IMG/VR virus record: IMGVR_UViG_3300026097_001210
Location: 13,010-77,009 of that record
From: a virus
Direction: 5' to 3' (one strand)
Length of the DNA stretch: 64,000 nt
Within the stretch, counting starts at the first letter, position 1. Each line of letters starts with the position of its first letter. Of this stretch, positions 10,501 to 20,558 are shown piece by piece. Position numbers and translations under genes: made by a program. The notes under the pieces are model-generated. The model saw only the letters and a list, made by a program, of their open reading frames with translations. It did no database searches and was not told the origin of the DNA.

Positions 10501-13220
10501 ATATCTTTGAAGAAGGATTTAGTAATGCTATGGAAGCATTTGCTGTTCAAGAAAAAGAAATCGAACTTGATTTTAAGATTAAAAAGCAGCCACTTATTGA
10601 CGCCATAGAGGCGGCAGAACGACAAATTCAAGACATTCGTGATAGACCAGGGGGACTAGATGATCTTGAAGCAGACCTTAGCAGAATTTCTGATAAAGAG
10701 GAAGAGCTTAACGAAAGATACGACGAAAGAATTAAAGCACTCGAAGAAGTTAAAAGCATTAATGAAGCCGTCGCTAAGCTACAACAAAATCAGTTAGATG
10801 TAGCAGAAGCTTTGTCCCGTGGTGACATTGCCGCAGCGGCCAAAGCTGCTCAACAAAGAAGACAGCAGTCAGCAAGCATAGCTGTAGAAAATCAGTCAAA
10901 GCAAATAGAGCTACAAAGAGAAACAGAGCTTGCCAATCTTACTGCTAAGACTGGTCTAAACAGAAAACAGCTTGAAGAGTCAATAAAAACACTTAAAGAT
11001 GAAATTTTTGAAATAGAAGAAAGAACTATTGAGCCAGCACAGTATAGGCTAGAACTTCTTGAAAGAGAGCAGCAAGAGCTTATTGATGGGGTTACCGTTC
11101 TTGGAAAAACCAGGGACGAGTGGGAAAGAATTAAAAACAACATTGATCTTGCAAAGATTAGTAGTGATAGCTTCCAACAAACCATGCAAGAAGCACTAGA
11201 CATTGTAGAAAGCATTGTTAATTATTGGAATGATTTTGACCCAGACCCCAAAGAAATACAAATTACAGAAAAGGTTGTAGAAGAAAGAGAACCACTTGAG
11301 CCAGTAGCTACGGTGGTGCCAAAAGATACCCAAGACGGAACTGGTCCTGGAACAGAAAAAGAGGAAGAAGAAGAGAAAGAAGAGTATGAATGGCCAGGGG
11401 AGGCAGTGGGTTGGCGACCACCAATGCTTCCTGGTTACGACCCAAACGCACCCAGTCTTCCAGGAATCAGGCCATGGGAATTCAGAAAATACGGACCACA
11501 AAACCCAAGGCAGGCGGATGGATCTTTCCCAGAAGAAGAAGCAGGAAGAAGAAGAAGAAATAATTCCTTTGATGTTCTTGGTGGGGTTCCAGAAGGATAC
11601 TATCAAAAACCAGGAACTGATCCTGGTCCTTTTGGAGACCCAGCGCTGGCCTTGACCGAATACGAAAAGAGACTACTTGGACAGGCAGGATCTTCTAAAA
11701 CAAATATTAATGGCTCTGACGCCAGTGCCGGTGGCACGGGCGGATATGACCCACTAACTGGAAGATACAATCCACAATCTTCTATAGCACTACCAGGAGG
11801 GGGACCAGCAGGTGTACCCTCAGCACTTTCTGGTGGTCAAGATTTTAATGCTATAGTTTCACAAATTACTCAGGGTCTAAGTGCTAAACTTCAACAAGTT
11901 CAAAACGATACCGCTGAAACAACCAGGGTAATGCTTCAACACTTTGGACAATTTGGAATTACAGCCCCAATCTTAATGCAAACAATTCCAAACTTTATTA
12001 ACAAAATTCCAGAACAAAGCAGGGTAGCTATTTTGGAAAATGTTCAAGGACACTTTAATACACTATCTATAAACGCTAAAGAGACTCTTAATCAAATACC
12101 CGACTTCTTCACAAGGTTACCGGAAATAAGTCAGCAAGCCCTTCTTGAGCAAATGAACTCTCAGTTTGGCCAGTTTAGCAATCAAGCGTTAACCGATTTG
12201 GGTGGAATTAACGAGTGGATTTCGGCACTTCCAGCAGACGCCCAAGTTGCGGCATGGGATATCTTGTCCCAACAAATTTCTAAATTAGCTGTCGATGCTG
12301 AGGGCAATTTAAATGAAACTATCTTTAAGTTTTTCGACGTGTTACCCGAAAACGTACAGGGTCCAATTGTTGAAGAGCTTGGCGCTCAAATTCAAACAAT
12401 GGCTAAAAATGCGGGTATGAGTGTTGACCAGTACATCACTACAAAATTAAAGGATTTGCCAGAAGAAACAAAGCAAATGCTGGTAGATGGAATTCAGGGA
12501 AATATAACAGAGGCCTCGGAGGGCAGCGCTGAAGCCATTACAACTTATATTCCTGGTGGTTTGAATGAGGTAAGCGAGTCGGGCAGTACAACAGCTTCTG
12601 GAATTGAAGAAGACTTTGAGAATGCCTCTATTTCTGCTGTAGAAAATATTGAGACTATTAAAACACCCTTTGAGGCCCTGGCTGCATACATTTCAGACGA
12701 TGGAAACGAGGGCTTTACTGGAATCTTAAACAAAGCATTCGATGATGCCAAAAACAATGGTGTTTCTGCGGCAGGGGATATTAAGGATGCTTTTGGTTCT
12801 GCTGGTAGAAAATTTGCCTCAGAGTTTAAGGGTAAGTTTAGTGATTTACTGGACAAGCTTGAAGGAGTCAGGGTAGACGGAGAAAAAATTGATATTGATA
12901 GAAATGGCTTCAACAAGGGAGGCCTTGTTCCTGGAATAGGAAGCACCGATATTATTCCAGCTTCTCTTACCCCAGGAGAGTTTGTTATAACAAAATTTGC
13001 TACTAAAAACTTTGGAATAGAAAACCTTCAAGCAATTAATGATGGAAAATTTCCCGTTGCAGCTATTGACGTACCATCAAGCAAGGATATAAGCTATAAT
13101 AATAGTTATCAAATCAATGTTAACGTCAAGTCTGATGCAAACCCAGAGGACATAGCAAGAACAGTGGTGCAAAACATTAAGAGAGTGGATAGTCAAAGGG
13201 TTAGGGGGAATAGGATTTAA
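4518..13220 (+). CDS. Tape measure protein (2900 aa)
   Basis: Very long helical Ala/Gln-rich ORF after the chaperones; TP901-type core, hydrophobic segments, two GG.VPG...D.IPA.L.PGE.VI motifs, typical C-terminus. Confidence 0.92.
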   Translation: MAEAQANINLNLNTSGALAQLRALQRQISLFQQQMARGNANTVAQAQGMQRNLLNSINSTGQFAASMTTVSTATESFTSALQKNKLSMGEYFRFAGGASKNFGRFFRNEMNLVGKVARERVKDLQTQYIKMGRDTNGAMRAMAVRPLTLDMENLATRTAMAAQKQQIFNQLIRQGSTNLLNWGKNTQWAGRQLMVGFTIPLGIMGATAISEFRKLEEQAVKFRRVYGDMFTTSAETEKALDNIRELADEFTKYGIAVEKTIDLAAKVAQMGNMGDALEQQVTQATRLAVLGGLEQQEALDTTISLTNAFGVATEDLASKIAFLNAAENQTILAIEDFNEAIPKAGSVVQQLGGDVEDLAFFLTAMREGGINASQGANALKSSLGRLVNPTEVARKKMAELGIDIVGIVENNVGDLRGTIMELGYELDALAPLDRSRAIEQMFGKFQFARMSTMFQNIVKDGSQAQKVLELTTNSSEELAILAERELARVEESPAFKLQKSFEQLKASLAPLGEQFVKIVTPIIEFGTNILEKFNAMGEGGKRFATIAIASLGLVAPAALMIIGLIANGVANLAKFFTMLMSVGKQGSTSMTQLGAQTQYMTQEQIEASAVAASLNNSHERLRQTFTSEAAAVRNLTTAYQQGIGAQRAFAFGPGRGPARGRTASGFAEGVVSVPGPKGAGDIIPAMLSPGEAVIPAKMAEKYAPFISQMIEGTVPGFIKGTFLTNKQVADEKFYSAPRSVSQQASEMPAWSTEAAEDEFLERLAAEEGLSEQQTKQLKRRQTSHIEKDTSPVEIGGQKVEMKNWKADNLMLDKGAVNNFQNSLEQSGGVLKDLSDSDIGNIAKEAGTSFKDTKKTLEKFDKGIAPATKKEAKIMQKVAERKAAEADAAYKAEEAKKRPNQRNLSRLRNQRYQARAAAGVLQERLKAPTGKGFYDTKDQRSYDPKKDAKADQEQKRKVDSLNRKNEKLKEENSKAIKKNTRSKKNSTRATDKNTAATQKEEAATKRSVAAKKGWETRRARAAATSAASAPRDLSGVTRLTSRQPVLAYAGGMPETSPAPAAPGRFKRFMSVGKGSGGMGIAMGASALAMGGSMLPGQIGQTVQKLMPAIMGISMLAPMIGMLGAPLTALIAVVGGLTAAYFLHKKAIEDTAKETYELQRALGTSRTAVQSLAEEAGRVTDRELVERQQQDRFDPFQIAAGKTTFGENFAEGEAGQELVSNIRTSLTDLGRDQTVISVFQQLGQAVGEGALSIPEARSIATELGDQIDDMSFGMEVNANLMRLLGPGGEDLTAGDRLTILADLREDRERTREEMDLDYEATSYGDIFDAESEANERLGEIIEQSGSMLGAMATSGEAWKIWWGAITGTTAAQDNIKQMSTILAQGVNDADAYASEMAAIEVAYGEDLEKAYAMGDQYEISRLEREKSDAQRELVAQRKQDQDQILSELGEDTSKARIAMKQALEVDFAGDEAALAQYQGALKQIQELGLSDQKSLQLEYMLTSGDMEFSTAMAIVENYEKLPKVSNKILEIQTKLGGDFGKNASDLFNIFNDLDEALAEEFVLSLDTRDLDEYQRQIEGFGAISRITNLFPEGEEILLDLALKDPSVLDGIVERTSRIEALDNEQITLDFIANTFGDEALAAAETIWSDIPKEDRKDALYSILTALDLQMGEGFDDLFSSLEGQTIAGVTISEPGDILSLIGARTSGIAQGNREAGDGEDEIEAAGGSAKKLTSIMDDLVKKLRDVRLSTILMTNGWVESANKLEELFGGGRGISVFRGLEQEMRSLGAGEDLIDLIVGMDPEEFEKKKDQLFTFDAAGNITGATNILANMGKALDAIALGDFQSEQEKVVRTISDQIIATRKLTAAGFSQVEAYEAVQDAAFAAAVAQEKNKDVIRQLVNVTKEAKEMTEAFAAAQAVASSNQEFVDRGNAIDFIAKNIENLTEAQKQLIMSDSNVQALIGTTVDAKALRQALANAEKEAQLELRIKKLTFEGQIDIFEEGFSNAMEAFAVQEKEIELDFKIKKQPLIDAIEAAERQIQDIRDRPGGLDDLEADLSRISDKEEELNERYDERIKALEEVKSINEAVAKLQQNQLDVAEALSRGDIAAAAKAAQQRRQQSASIAVENQSKQIELQRETELANLTAKTGLNRKQLEESIKTLKDEIFEIEERTIEPAQYRLELLEREQQELIDGVTVLGKTRDEWERIKNNIDLAKISSDSFQQTMQEALDIVESIVNYWNDFDPDPKEIQITEKVVEEREPLEPVATVVPKDTQDGTGPGTEKEEEEEKEEYEWPGEAVGWRPPMLPGYDPNAPSLPGIRPWEFRKYGPQNPRQADGSFPEEEAGRRRRNNSFDVLGGVPEGYYQKPGTDPGPFGDPALALTEYEKRLLGQAGSSKTNINGSDASAGGTGGYDPLTGRYNPQSSIALPGGGPAGVPSALSGGQDFNAIVSQITQGLSAKLQQVQNDTAETTRVMLQHFGQFGITAPILMQTIPNFINKIPEQSRVAILENVQGHFNTLSINAKETLNQIPDFFTRLPEISQQALLEQMNSQFGQFSNQALTDLGGINEWISALPADAQVAAWDILSQQISKLAVDAEGNLNETIFKFFDVLPENVQGPIVEELGAQIQTMAKNAGMSVDQYITTKLKDLPEETKQMLVDGIQGNITEASEGSAEAITTYIPGGLNEVSESGSTTASGIEEDFENASISAVENIETIKTPFEALAAYISDDGNEGFTGILNKAFDDAKNNGVSAAGDIKDAFGSAGRKFASEFKGKFSDLLDKLEGVRVDGEKIDIDRNGFNKGGLVPGIGSTDIIPASLTPGEFVITKFATKNFGIENLQAINDGKFPVAAIDVPSSKDISYNNSYQINVNVKSDANPEDIARTVVQNIKRVDSQRVRGNRI

Positions 13221-13810
13221 TGACAAGTCAAAGTTATTTAGAAGGTCGTAAATCTTATGGTAGACCCCAAGCAATGCTTTTTTCCAATAATCCTGGATCT
13301 ATTGAAAATGGCTTTTATGTCCCAGATGGCACAGAGTTTGAAGATTTTCTTATTCTTTCAGATCATAATCGTGACCCAATTAATTTTACTCATCAAAGAA
13401 TTGAAAACAGGTTAAGAACCATTAACGGAAGGATGAGGTCTTATCATATTGCAGATAAGCTTTCTATATCTACTAGTTGGCAGAATTTACCATCCCGCTC
13501 CGCTTCGTCAAGGCTAATTATTGACCAGGAAAGCGGTCAAACCTTTATTGGCGCAGATGATCTTTCCTACATTGTTGATAACGGTGCAGCTGGTGTAGAC
13601 TTGCTAAATTGGTATGAAAATAACCAAGGATCTTTTTGGGTATTCTTAGCCTATGATAAGTTTAACAACTTTAATAATGATTACAATAAGTTTGGCCAAT
13701 ACAATGAAATACTAGAAGTTTTCTTTGTTGATTTTCAGCACGAGGTTGTTAAACGAGGACAGTCATCCCATGACTTTTGGAATATATCTTTGACGGTGGA
13801 AGAGGTATAA
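13220..13810 (+). CDS. Distal tail (Dit)-like protein
   Basis: Coupled to the TMP stop; ends 'WNISLTVEEV'. Confidence 0.6.
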   Translation: MTSQSYLEGRKSYGRPQAMLFSNNPGSIENGFYVPDGTEFEDFLILSDHNRDPINFTHQRIENRLRTINGRMRSYHIADKLSISTSWQNLPSRSASSRLIIDQESGQTFIGADDLSYIVDNGAAGVDLLNWYENNQGSFWVFLAYDKFNNFNNDYNKFGQYNEILEVFFVDFQHEVVKRGQSSHDFWNISLTVEEV

Positions 13811-16800
13811 TGTTTCAAAATGATGAATTACAAAATCATTTAGAGACTTCTTCTACAATTAGAATTGAGTCTTTTGTTACCGCTGAATGGAACATGAACG
13901 TTGCTGAAAACATTGCTCGTATAGGTAACTACAGATACCGACCCACTGACCCTGAAACATCAAAATACTTTAGGGTAGCAGAATCATTTGAATATAATGA
14001 TGAAGGGTCTATGTTTTACACAGGCGCAACTGATGCAGACGTTATTGTAGACGGTGGGTTTGATGACAACAATGTGCCAATTGCTTTTATTTCTAAAAAA
14101 GAAAAAGAAAAAATGCTTTATTCTTTGGAAGATTGTTTTGGAAGATTTCGCCCTCGCTCTGGAATTAATAAGCTTCGTTATTTTTCAGACAAATATTCTC
14201 ATCACGACAATAGGCTAATGTCTCAAAGACCAAGATACTATATGGCAGATAAAAAAGATCCTTTCAAGTATTGGTCTTCTTTTAGAACAGAAGATGGAAT
14301 CGAGAGGGGGATTGCTGATACTGTAGTTAATGGTAGATATTATATTTCAGATGCCGCCCCATTTGTGGTTTATAAGAATAAAATTCCAGCCAATCGAATT
14401 GTTGTAAAAATGCAAACGAGTGTTGGGTCTGTAGATTTGGGTCCTTTTTCAGATTCTTCTGGAGCATTTAATGATCCATTTTTTGGAGAAGAAAACAAAA
14501 CAACACCAGTTAGATGGAAGATTCAGTATTTAAAAGACTCTAACTGGGTAGATGCAATAAGGTTTGATGAAAACTCAACAAGAAGAGATGGCTCTCCAAT
14601 AATTGGATCAGATGGATATTTAGAAATTGGCTATGGTCTTATTATTCCAGATGAATATTATAATATTTTTAATTTTGAAAAAGTTTTAGCATCAGAGTCT
14701 TTGCTACCCCCTGCTTCTGAAATGGTTAATGGTGTCGCTTTTCTTATTATTAACAACAGCAGTTCTAAAGGGGTTGTTCACATAGCAATGAATGGTCAGT
14801 ATGAAACTTTTAATGCATCGTATGGATGGCAAATTATTGATGAAATAAACAGATCTGTTAGCTTTGTAGAAAATTTAACCAACCCAGAATATTTTGTAGA
14901 AAATAACTCTAATGAAAAAATTTATAGAGAGCTTGCATATATTCAAGGCCTAAGAGTTGTTGCGGAAACAATGAATAAGATTGAATCATCGCTAGATTTA
15001 ATAGAACTATCTCCAAGACTTTCAGCAAACATTTCAGATAAGATTAATCAATTTTCAATTACTAAGCCAGCCTCTGATCTTGGTGTTAGTGGAATGCCAG
15101 TAGGGCAGCTTCTCGTTTCAACGGGTACCCTCGATATATTTGATTACGATCAAGCATTTTTTGACACAAACACCAATAGCATTGTTAAAGATTATACAAA
15201 TCAAAGCATTCAGTTTAAATTTTATGAAACAGTTTTAGGTGTTAATGGCTCAGATTACTTTGTTCCAATTAAAACTATGTATGCAGATGGTTTTCCTTCT
15301 ATTAATAATCAATCCAGAACTGCATCAATAACTTTGAGAGATTTGTTTTTCTATTTAGAATCTTCAGCAGCGCCGACTATTCTTTTAGAAAGTGCTTCGC
15401 TGAGCTATGCTGTTTCGTTATTGTTAGACTCTATTGGCTTTTCTAATTATGTATTTTTAAGAACAGAAAACGAAGCTGAAGATGTAATTCCATATTTTTA
15501 TATTGAACCAGACAAAAGTGTTGCTGAGATCTTAAACAGTATAGCGAGGTCAACCCAATCAGCAATGTTCTTTGATGAATACAATAACCTCATTGTAATG
15601 AGTAAAAACTACATGATGCCAAGCACTACGGAAAGGGGCACAGATTTAACACTTTATGGAAGCAAAGATTTTGCTCAAAATGGTGCCATTAAAAATCAGG
15701 GTACCAGTAACAAGCTTTCCAACATAGTTAACATCACTTCTCAAGATAACAGAATATATAATGATGGGAAAATACTTTATTCAACTAGATACATTCAAAG
15801 ATCTTATGCCTCTATCAGGCAAGCATCGCTATTAGATAGAGATAAGACCTGGATTTACAAGCCAGCTTTATTGTGGGAGGTTTCAGCGACTGAAAACACA
15901 AAATCAGTAAATGAAGAGGTCAACGAGCAGTCCGCTTACGCCTTGGCTGCAATCCCCCTTAACTCTGATCTCAACACTAAATTGCCAAAGGTGGTAAATC
16001 ACCAGCTTGTCAATAATATTATTGACCTTGGTGACGGAATTTATTGGCTAACTAGATACAACGGATATCTTTATGCTAATGGTGAAATTATTAAATTTGA
16101 TGCTGTTCAATATAATATTCCTGGACTTAGCGCAACAGAAAAAACAGAAACTGGCGATGACAATGTTTGGATAAGCAGTCGTAAAGAGTATCAGAGATAT
16201 TTTGAAAAGGTTCCCTTTAATGGAAAGATATATCCTACTGGTATTTTAAGAATTTATTCCGAACCAAATTATGAAACTGCTGGAGATACAGTAAGACTTA
16301 AAAACGGCGATGTAGCTAAGCACGGTAGGGGACAGTTCGGAACGGAAATTGTAGAACATTCTTCTGGAATATCTTCGCATTGGACAGATGATAACAATGT
16401 TCGCGGCGCCCTGATGGAATCTAAATATCTATTTGGTGACACAAAAGTTTTTAAAACAGTAAGCAGCGTTGAGCTTATATCGAATGATCCCGTTGCGCTT
16501 TTTTCTGTCTCTGACCCGTCTGTATTGCGTCCTGGAGATTATATTGAGAGATATGACGAGGAAGAGTATGAGGGCGTAGAGATTTCTGCCAATATTATTC
16601 AAGAAAACACACAGGTTACGGGGGTAGATGTAGAAAATAAACAGATAGTAGTAGACAAGCCAGTCCTAATTGAGTCTGAAGAGCAAACCCCAATTGTTGC
16701 TTTAAGAGTTTTCACTCAAATACCTGCAACGGTTACTGGAGCTGCTGGAATTGATAACGCCAGGGCACAACAAACAAACAGAACTGACTTAATTAGAAAC

Positions 16801-18408
16801 TTTTTAGCCAAAAAGAGTGTTAGCGAATTGCCAGGTGCACAAGAGTATCCTGCAACAACCCAGTCTTCTGCCTTAGTAATGGAAGGTGCTTTTCCCACAG
16901 ACAATATTTCTCCTACTGATTTTGTTTCTTATGTCTATAAACCTTTAGAAAATAGATTTAGACACTTTGGAACAAGGCTAAGAATCGTTGGACAAATTAA
17001 TGACAATGACATCCGCGGACAGTCTCCAGAGGGTGCCTCTACTTATTTTACAGTGACAGATGCTCGTGGCTCTCGTGATGTTTCTATTTCTGGATCTTCT
17101 GCTGGAATAGCGATTATGGTAAACCCAGAAACAAATAACGGATACTTTTTTGAGCTGGCAGGTCTTAGCGTTGCTAAGAATCTTTCAAATTACCAGTCAG
17201 ACGAGAACGTTGCAGATATGATTTTCTACAAGGTTTTAAAACGAGACGGTGCTGAAAACGATAACGAGAAAGCAATTCCCGTCCCTCTTTGGAGGGGCAT
17301 AGGAAATATCCTTGTTGACTCTGGTGATTTTGTTGGTCAGCAAAGGTTGGCGGTAGAGGCAGAAACAACAGTGTACGATATAGCCATAGAGTACGAAGAG
17401 CTAGGAAATACCAGAAGGTTTTATCTATACGTAAACAATGTTCTTGTTGGAATAGCAGATGACGAAGAGCCGCTACCGATTTATAGCAATATGGCTCTTT
17501 TTATTCGAGGATCTTCTAAAGCTATGTTTGAACACGTTTATGCATTAACTAAAAATTATAGTCAAAACGCTACTTTTTCTTTAGAAACACCAGCAAGCGA
17601 TGTTTTTGAAATTGAAGATCTTAATGCCAATCAGTCTTTTAGAAAGTATGCAGTTAGTGGATTTGTGCAGTCTACATTTTTAAGCGGTATTGGACCAGAT
17701 CAACCACCGAAATATAACATATATTACGATGAATTTGGAACAATAATGAGAGAAGCTGCCTACTTTAATGTTAGATATGATAAGGCATACCCAGCTCTTT
17801 CGGCAGAAATTTCTCCAACCTTTAACAGAATTAAGGGATACAGTGTTTCTGGATTTAGGGCAAGCTCGTATGGCGCAGAGTTTCTAATATTTAACAATAC
17901 AGACTCTGCATTAAATCTCGATTCGACAAGTGGCAACTATTTAAGAATACAAGGAGTAACCTTTACTCAGCAATCTAAAAACGAACTAACGGTTGATGAG
18001 TATTTTGAAAAGATAGGAAATCTTTCGGATCCAGAAATTTTAGACAACAACGTTATCGTTTCTCCAGAAGTTGCTGAAGAAAGATATCGAGACATCAAGC
18101 TAAGCAGAATTACGCATGGAAGAACAGAGTTCTCCATTGATGCCCCCTATATTCAAAGCCAGGATTCTGCCAATGGATTAATGAAGTGGATGACTGAAAA
18201 GGTTATGAAAAAGAGAAAGTCTGTAGGTCTTCAAATTTTTGCAATGCCCACGCTACAACTGGGAGACATCGTCACCATTAACTATGTCAATGAGCTGGGT
18301 ACCCCAGAAATATCTTCTTCAGATTCTAGATTTGTAGTATATTATATTGAATATAACAGGGGGCCACAGGGGCCTACGATGAATGTTTATTTAAGTGAGG
18401 TGATTTAA
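13810..18408 (+). CDS. Large minor tail/baseplate hub protein
   Basis: About 1530 aa after Dit; hub-like 'AMFFDEYNNL' and 'PTLQLGDIVTI'; start revised to ATG 13810. Confidence 0.7.
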   Translation: MFQNDELQNHLETSSTIRIESFVTAEWNMNVAENIARIGNYRYRPTDPETSKYFRVAESFEYNDEGSMFYTGATDADVIVDGGFDDNNVPIAFISKKEKEKMLYSLEDCFGRFRPRSGINKLRYFSDKYSHHDNRLMSQRPRYYMADKKDPFKYWSSFRTEDGIERGIADTVVNGRYYISDAAPFVVYKNKIPANRIVVKMQTSVGSVDLGPFSDSSGAFNDPFFGEENKTTPVRWKIQYLKDSNWVDAIRFDENSTRRDGSPIIGSDGYLEIGYGLIIPDEYYNIFNFEKVLASESLLPPASEMVNGVAFLIINNSSSKGVVHIAMNGQYETFNASYGWQIIDEINRSVSFVENLTNPEYFVENNSNEKIYRELAYIQGLRVVAETMNKIESSLDLIELSPRLSANISDKINQFSITKPASDLGVSGMPVGQLLVSTGTLDIFDYDQAFFDTNTNSIVKDYTNQSIQFKFYETVLGVNGSDYFVPIKTMYADGFPSINNQSRTASITLRDLFFYLESSAAPTILLESASLSYAVSLLLDSIGFSNYVFLRTENEAEDVIPYFYIEPDKSVAEILNSIARSTQSAMFFDEYNNLIVMSKNYMMPSTTERGTDLTLYGSKDFAQNGAIKNQGTSNKLSNIVNITSQDNRIYNDGKILYSTRYIQRSYASIRQASLLDRDKTWIYKPALLWEVSATENTKSVNEEVNEQSAYALAAIPLNSDLNTKLPKVVNHQLVNNIIDLGDGIYWLTRYNGYLYANGEIIKFDAVQYNIPGLSATEKTETGDDNVWISSRKEYQRYFEKVPFNGKIYPTGILRIYSEPNYETAGDTVRLKNGDVAKHGRGQFGTEIVEHSSGISSHWTDDNNVRGALMESKYLFGDTKVFKTVSSVELISNDPVALFSVSDPSVLRPGDYIERYDEEEYEGVEISANIIQENTQVTGVDVENKQIVVDKPVLIESEEQTPIVALRVFTQIPATVTGAAGIDNARAQQTNRTDLIRNFLAKKSVSELPGAQEYPATTQSSALVMEGAFPTDNISPTDFVSYVYKPLENRFRHFGTRLRIVGQINDNDIRGQSPEGASTYFTVTDARGSRDVSISGSSAGIAIMVNPETNNGYFFELAGLSVAKNLSNYQSDENVADMIFYKVLKRDGAENDNEKAIPVPLWRGIGNILVDSGDFVGQQRLAVEAETTVYDIAIEYEELGNTRRFYLYVNNVLVGIADDEEPLPIYSNMALFIRGSSKAMFEHVYALTKNYSQNATFSLETPASDVFEIEDLNANQSFRKYAVSGFVQSTFLSGIGPDQPPKYNIYYDEFGTIMREAAYFNVRYDKAYPALSAEISPTFNRIKGYSVSGFRASSYGAEFLIFNNTDSALNLDSTSGNYLRIQGVTFTQQSKNELTVDEYFEKIGNLSDPEILDNNVIVSPEVAEERYRDIKLSRITHGRTEFSIDAPYIQSQDSANGLMKWMTEKVMKKRKSVGLQIFAMPTLQLGDIVTINYVNELGTPEISSSDSRFVVYYIEYNRGPQGPTMNVYLSEVI

Positions 18409-18924
18409 ATGGTTGATGCAGTTCCTTCTGTGCCAAGCTCTCAAGTTTCTTCATCAAGCGATATGGTTAATGCAATAAAAATTGCTACACCAGATCTTAT
18501 TATTTTTAAAGAGGACTTGCCAGTAGAGGGGTTGGCTCAAATTGCCTTTGAAAATATTGCTGCCCAAGAGCTTATTAGCATAACTCGTAACAATCTTGTA
18601 GATGGACAAAGTGTTTCTTATAGCTTAGTTGGAAATTTAAAACAAATACAAGATGCTTACAATACTAGAAACATATTCACACTTTCTGAAACTGGAGATA
18701 GATATTTTCAAAACTTTGGCATTAGGTTTTCGACCCATGTGCCCGAAGTTGGTAGCGGACCAGAAGAGCTAAGGGCTTATATTGTTCCAGCAAACTCTGC
18801 TATCGCCAACAGGGGCGACTTGATTATAGATGTTGTTAATATGGAAATTAACGAGAGGGTAGATATAGAAATTCTTAGAAGCGGAGAGTCTCTGGGTGAT
18901 ACAATATATGTGGAGGAATCTTGA
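18409..18924 (+). CDS. Minor tail protein
   Basis: Position in the tail operon. Confidence 0.45.
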   Translation: MVDAVPSVPSSQVSSSSDMVNAIKIATPDLIIFKEDLPVEGLAQIAFENIAAQELISITRNNLVDGQSVSYSLVGNLKQIQDAYNTRNIFTLSETGDRYFQNFGIRFSTHVPEVGSGPEELRAYIVPANSAIANRGDLIIDVVNMEINERVDIEILRSGESLGDTIYVEES

Positions 18925-20087
18925 TTACTAATACTGGTCGTACAATTATTTCTAAATATTTAGTTGGTCAGGCGCCAGCATACGCATCGCACATTGCTTT
19001 GGGCGTGGGGGCCAATCCATTAGGACCTAACGATTCTTTTGGCGACTATTCTAGCAAAAAACAATTAGACTTTGAGGTTCTCCGCATTCCAATTACCTCT
19101 CGCGGCTATGTTTATGATGAAGATGGTGAATCTAATATTGTTTTTGCTGGAGAGCTTCCTGGCGATCAGAGATATCTTTTTACTGAGATTGGTGTATTTT
19201 CAGCAAGATCTAACCCATCGGCTGGAACAATTGGTAGCAGATTTGTTTATACATTTTCAGAATCAGAAAACTGGGAATATCACAATGAAACATCCGCACA
19301 ATCTTTGCCTTTAATTCTAGAACCTTTAGATGCCAACTCAACTACTGGGAAAATAGATAATATTTTGGATGATCTTGGAAACCCAGTTTTTGCTTTTAGA
19401 ACTAACTCAGACAATGATGTCTTTAACAGTATCGCCAGGACAGAGGTTTTTGAACAGCCCAGATTTTTGGATCGTACACTAATTTTGCCAGGAGATATGT
19501 CTTATTTAGAATCGGTTAACGGTAACCTAGCTATTGCTAGCGCCCCAGAAGGGGAGTATTATGGAACACACATTCACCTAACTGGAATTAGCGCTGATTT
19601 TAATCAAAACTCTTCTCAAGATCAGCTAAGGCTTGCATTTGCGGTTTTAGACAAAGAAGCAGGCCAGTCTATAGATGTAGGCGGGGTAAGAATTTTGCTC
19701 GAATTTGCTTCAAGCGACTCTTTGAATCCAGACAACTTTGCGAGACTTGAGATTGATATAGATAATTCTGATGTTTTGTTTAATAATAATAGATACATTG
19801 TTATAACTAAAACTTTAGGAGAACTTATTAAAAGTACTTCGTTCACTTGGAACGCAGTTAACCTTGTTAAAATTTATGCTACCGTATACGATACAACAAG
19901 CGAAACACCATCTAGCGACTTTTATATAGCGCTAGACGGTCTTAGGTTTGAGAATGTTACCGCTCAGAACCCACTTTATGGAATGACAGGCTATACAGTG
20001 GTTAAGACTCAAGATGGATACCCAGTTGTAAAAGAAAATAACACATCTAATATTGTTGAGTTTAGGTTTGGTATGGGAATACAGTAA
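18921..20087 (+). CDS. Minor tail/baseplate protein
   Basis: 'MITNTGR...IALGVG...TEIGVF' resembles tail-fibre/collar N-termini. Confidence 0.55.
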   Translation: MITNTGRTIISKYLVGQAPAYASHIALGVGANPLGPNDSFGDYSSKKQLDFEVLRIPITSRGYVYDEDGESNIVFAGELPGDQRYLFTEIGVFSARSNPSAGTIGSRFVYTFSESENWEYHNETSAQSLPLILEPLDANSTTGKIDNILDDLGNPVFAFRTNSDNDVFNSIARTEVFEQPRFLDRTLILPGDMSYLESVNGNLAIASAPEGEYYGTHIHLTGISADFNQNSSQDQLRLAFAVLDKEAGQSIDVGGVRILLEFASSDSLNPDNFARLEIDIDNSDVLFNNNRYIVITKTLGELIKSTSFTWNAVNLVKIYATVYDTTSETPSSDFYIALDGLRFENVTAQNPLYGMTGYTVVKTQDGYPVVKENNTSNIVEFRFGMGIQ

Positions 20088-20533
20088 TGGCAAGAGGAAA
20101 AGAAAAAGTTATTATTTCTAGAGAAGACTTGCCAGCCGTTTCTAAATTATCCAATGGCACTTATGGATATGTTGTTAGATATAGAATAATTTCAGAAGAC
20201 CAAAACAGGTTTTCTCACTGGTCCCCAATTAGGGAGCTGGCAATACCTTCGCCATTACAGGTTACTGGAGATTTGGCAATTAATATATCTAATGGAGGTG
20301 GTCAGGCCTCACTCGTCTGGGGGGACGAAGAGTCAAGGCCTAGCTACGACATTTTTGTTAGCTTTAACGGAGAAGATTATTTTTATCATGGAACATCGCC
20401 AACTCATCAATACGGCTTTATATTAGAGAGTGGCACAACTTCGGTCCAAGCCGCGGTTCAAATAGAGTCTGTAAACAAGGAACGCTCTTCTCAAATACAA
20501 ATATTTGAAAGTCAAGCTATAAGTTTGGTATAA
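20087..20533 (+). CDS. Minor tail protein (beta-sandwich-like)
   Basis: Coupled gene; 'YVVRYRII...FSHWSP' is FN3-like. Confidence 0.45.
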   Translation: MARGKEKVIISREDLPAVSKLSNGTYGYVVRYRIISEDQNRFSHWSPIRELAIPSPLQVTGDLAINISNGGGQASLVWGDEESRPSYDIFVSFNGEDYFYHGTSPTHQYGFILESGTTSVQAAVQIESVNKERSSQIQIFESQAISLV

Positions 20534-20558
20534 TTGTTTAACAACTTAGGAGATTAGA

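Noticed and set aside
4551-13274. Antisense and alternate-frame ORFs in the TMP and other large genes
   Set aside because: Shadow ORFs with no RBS or motifs, fully overlapping confident genes
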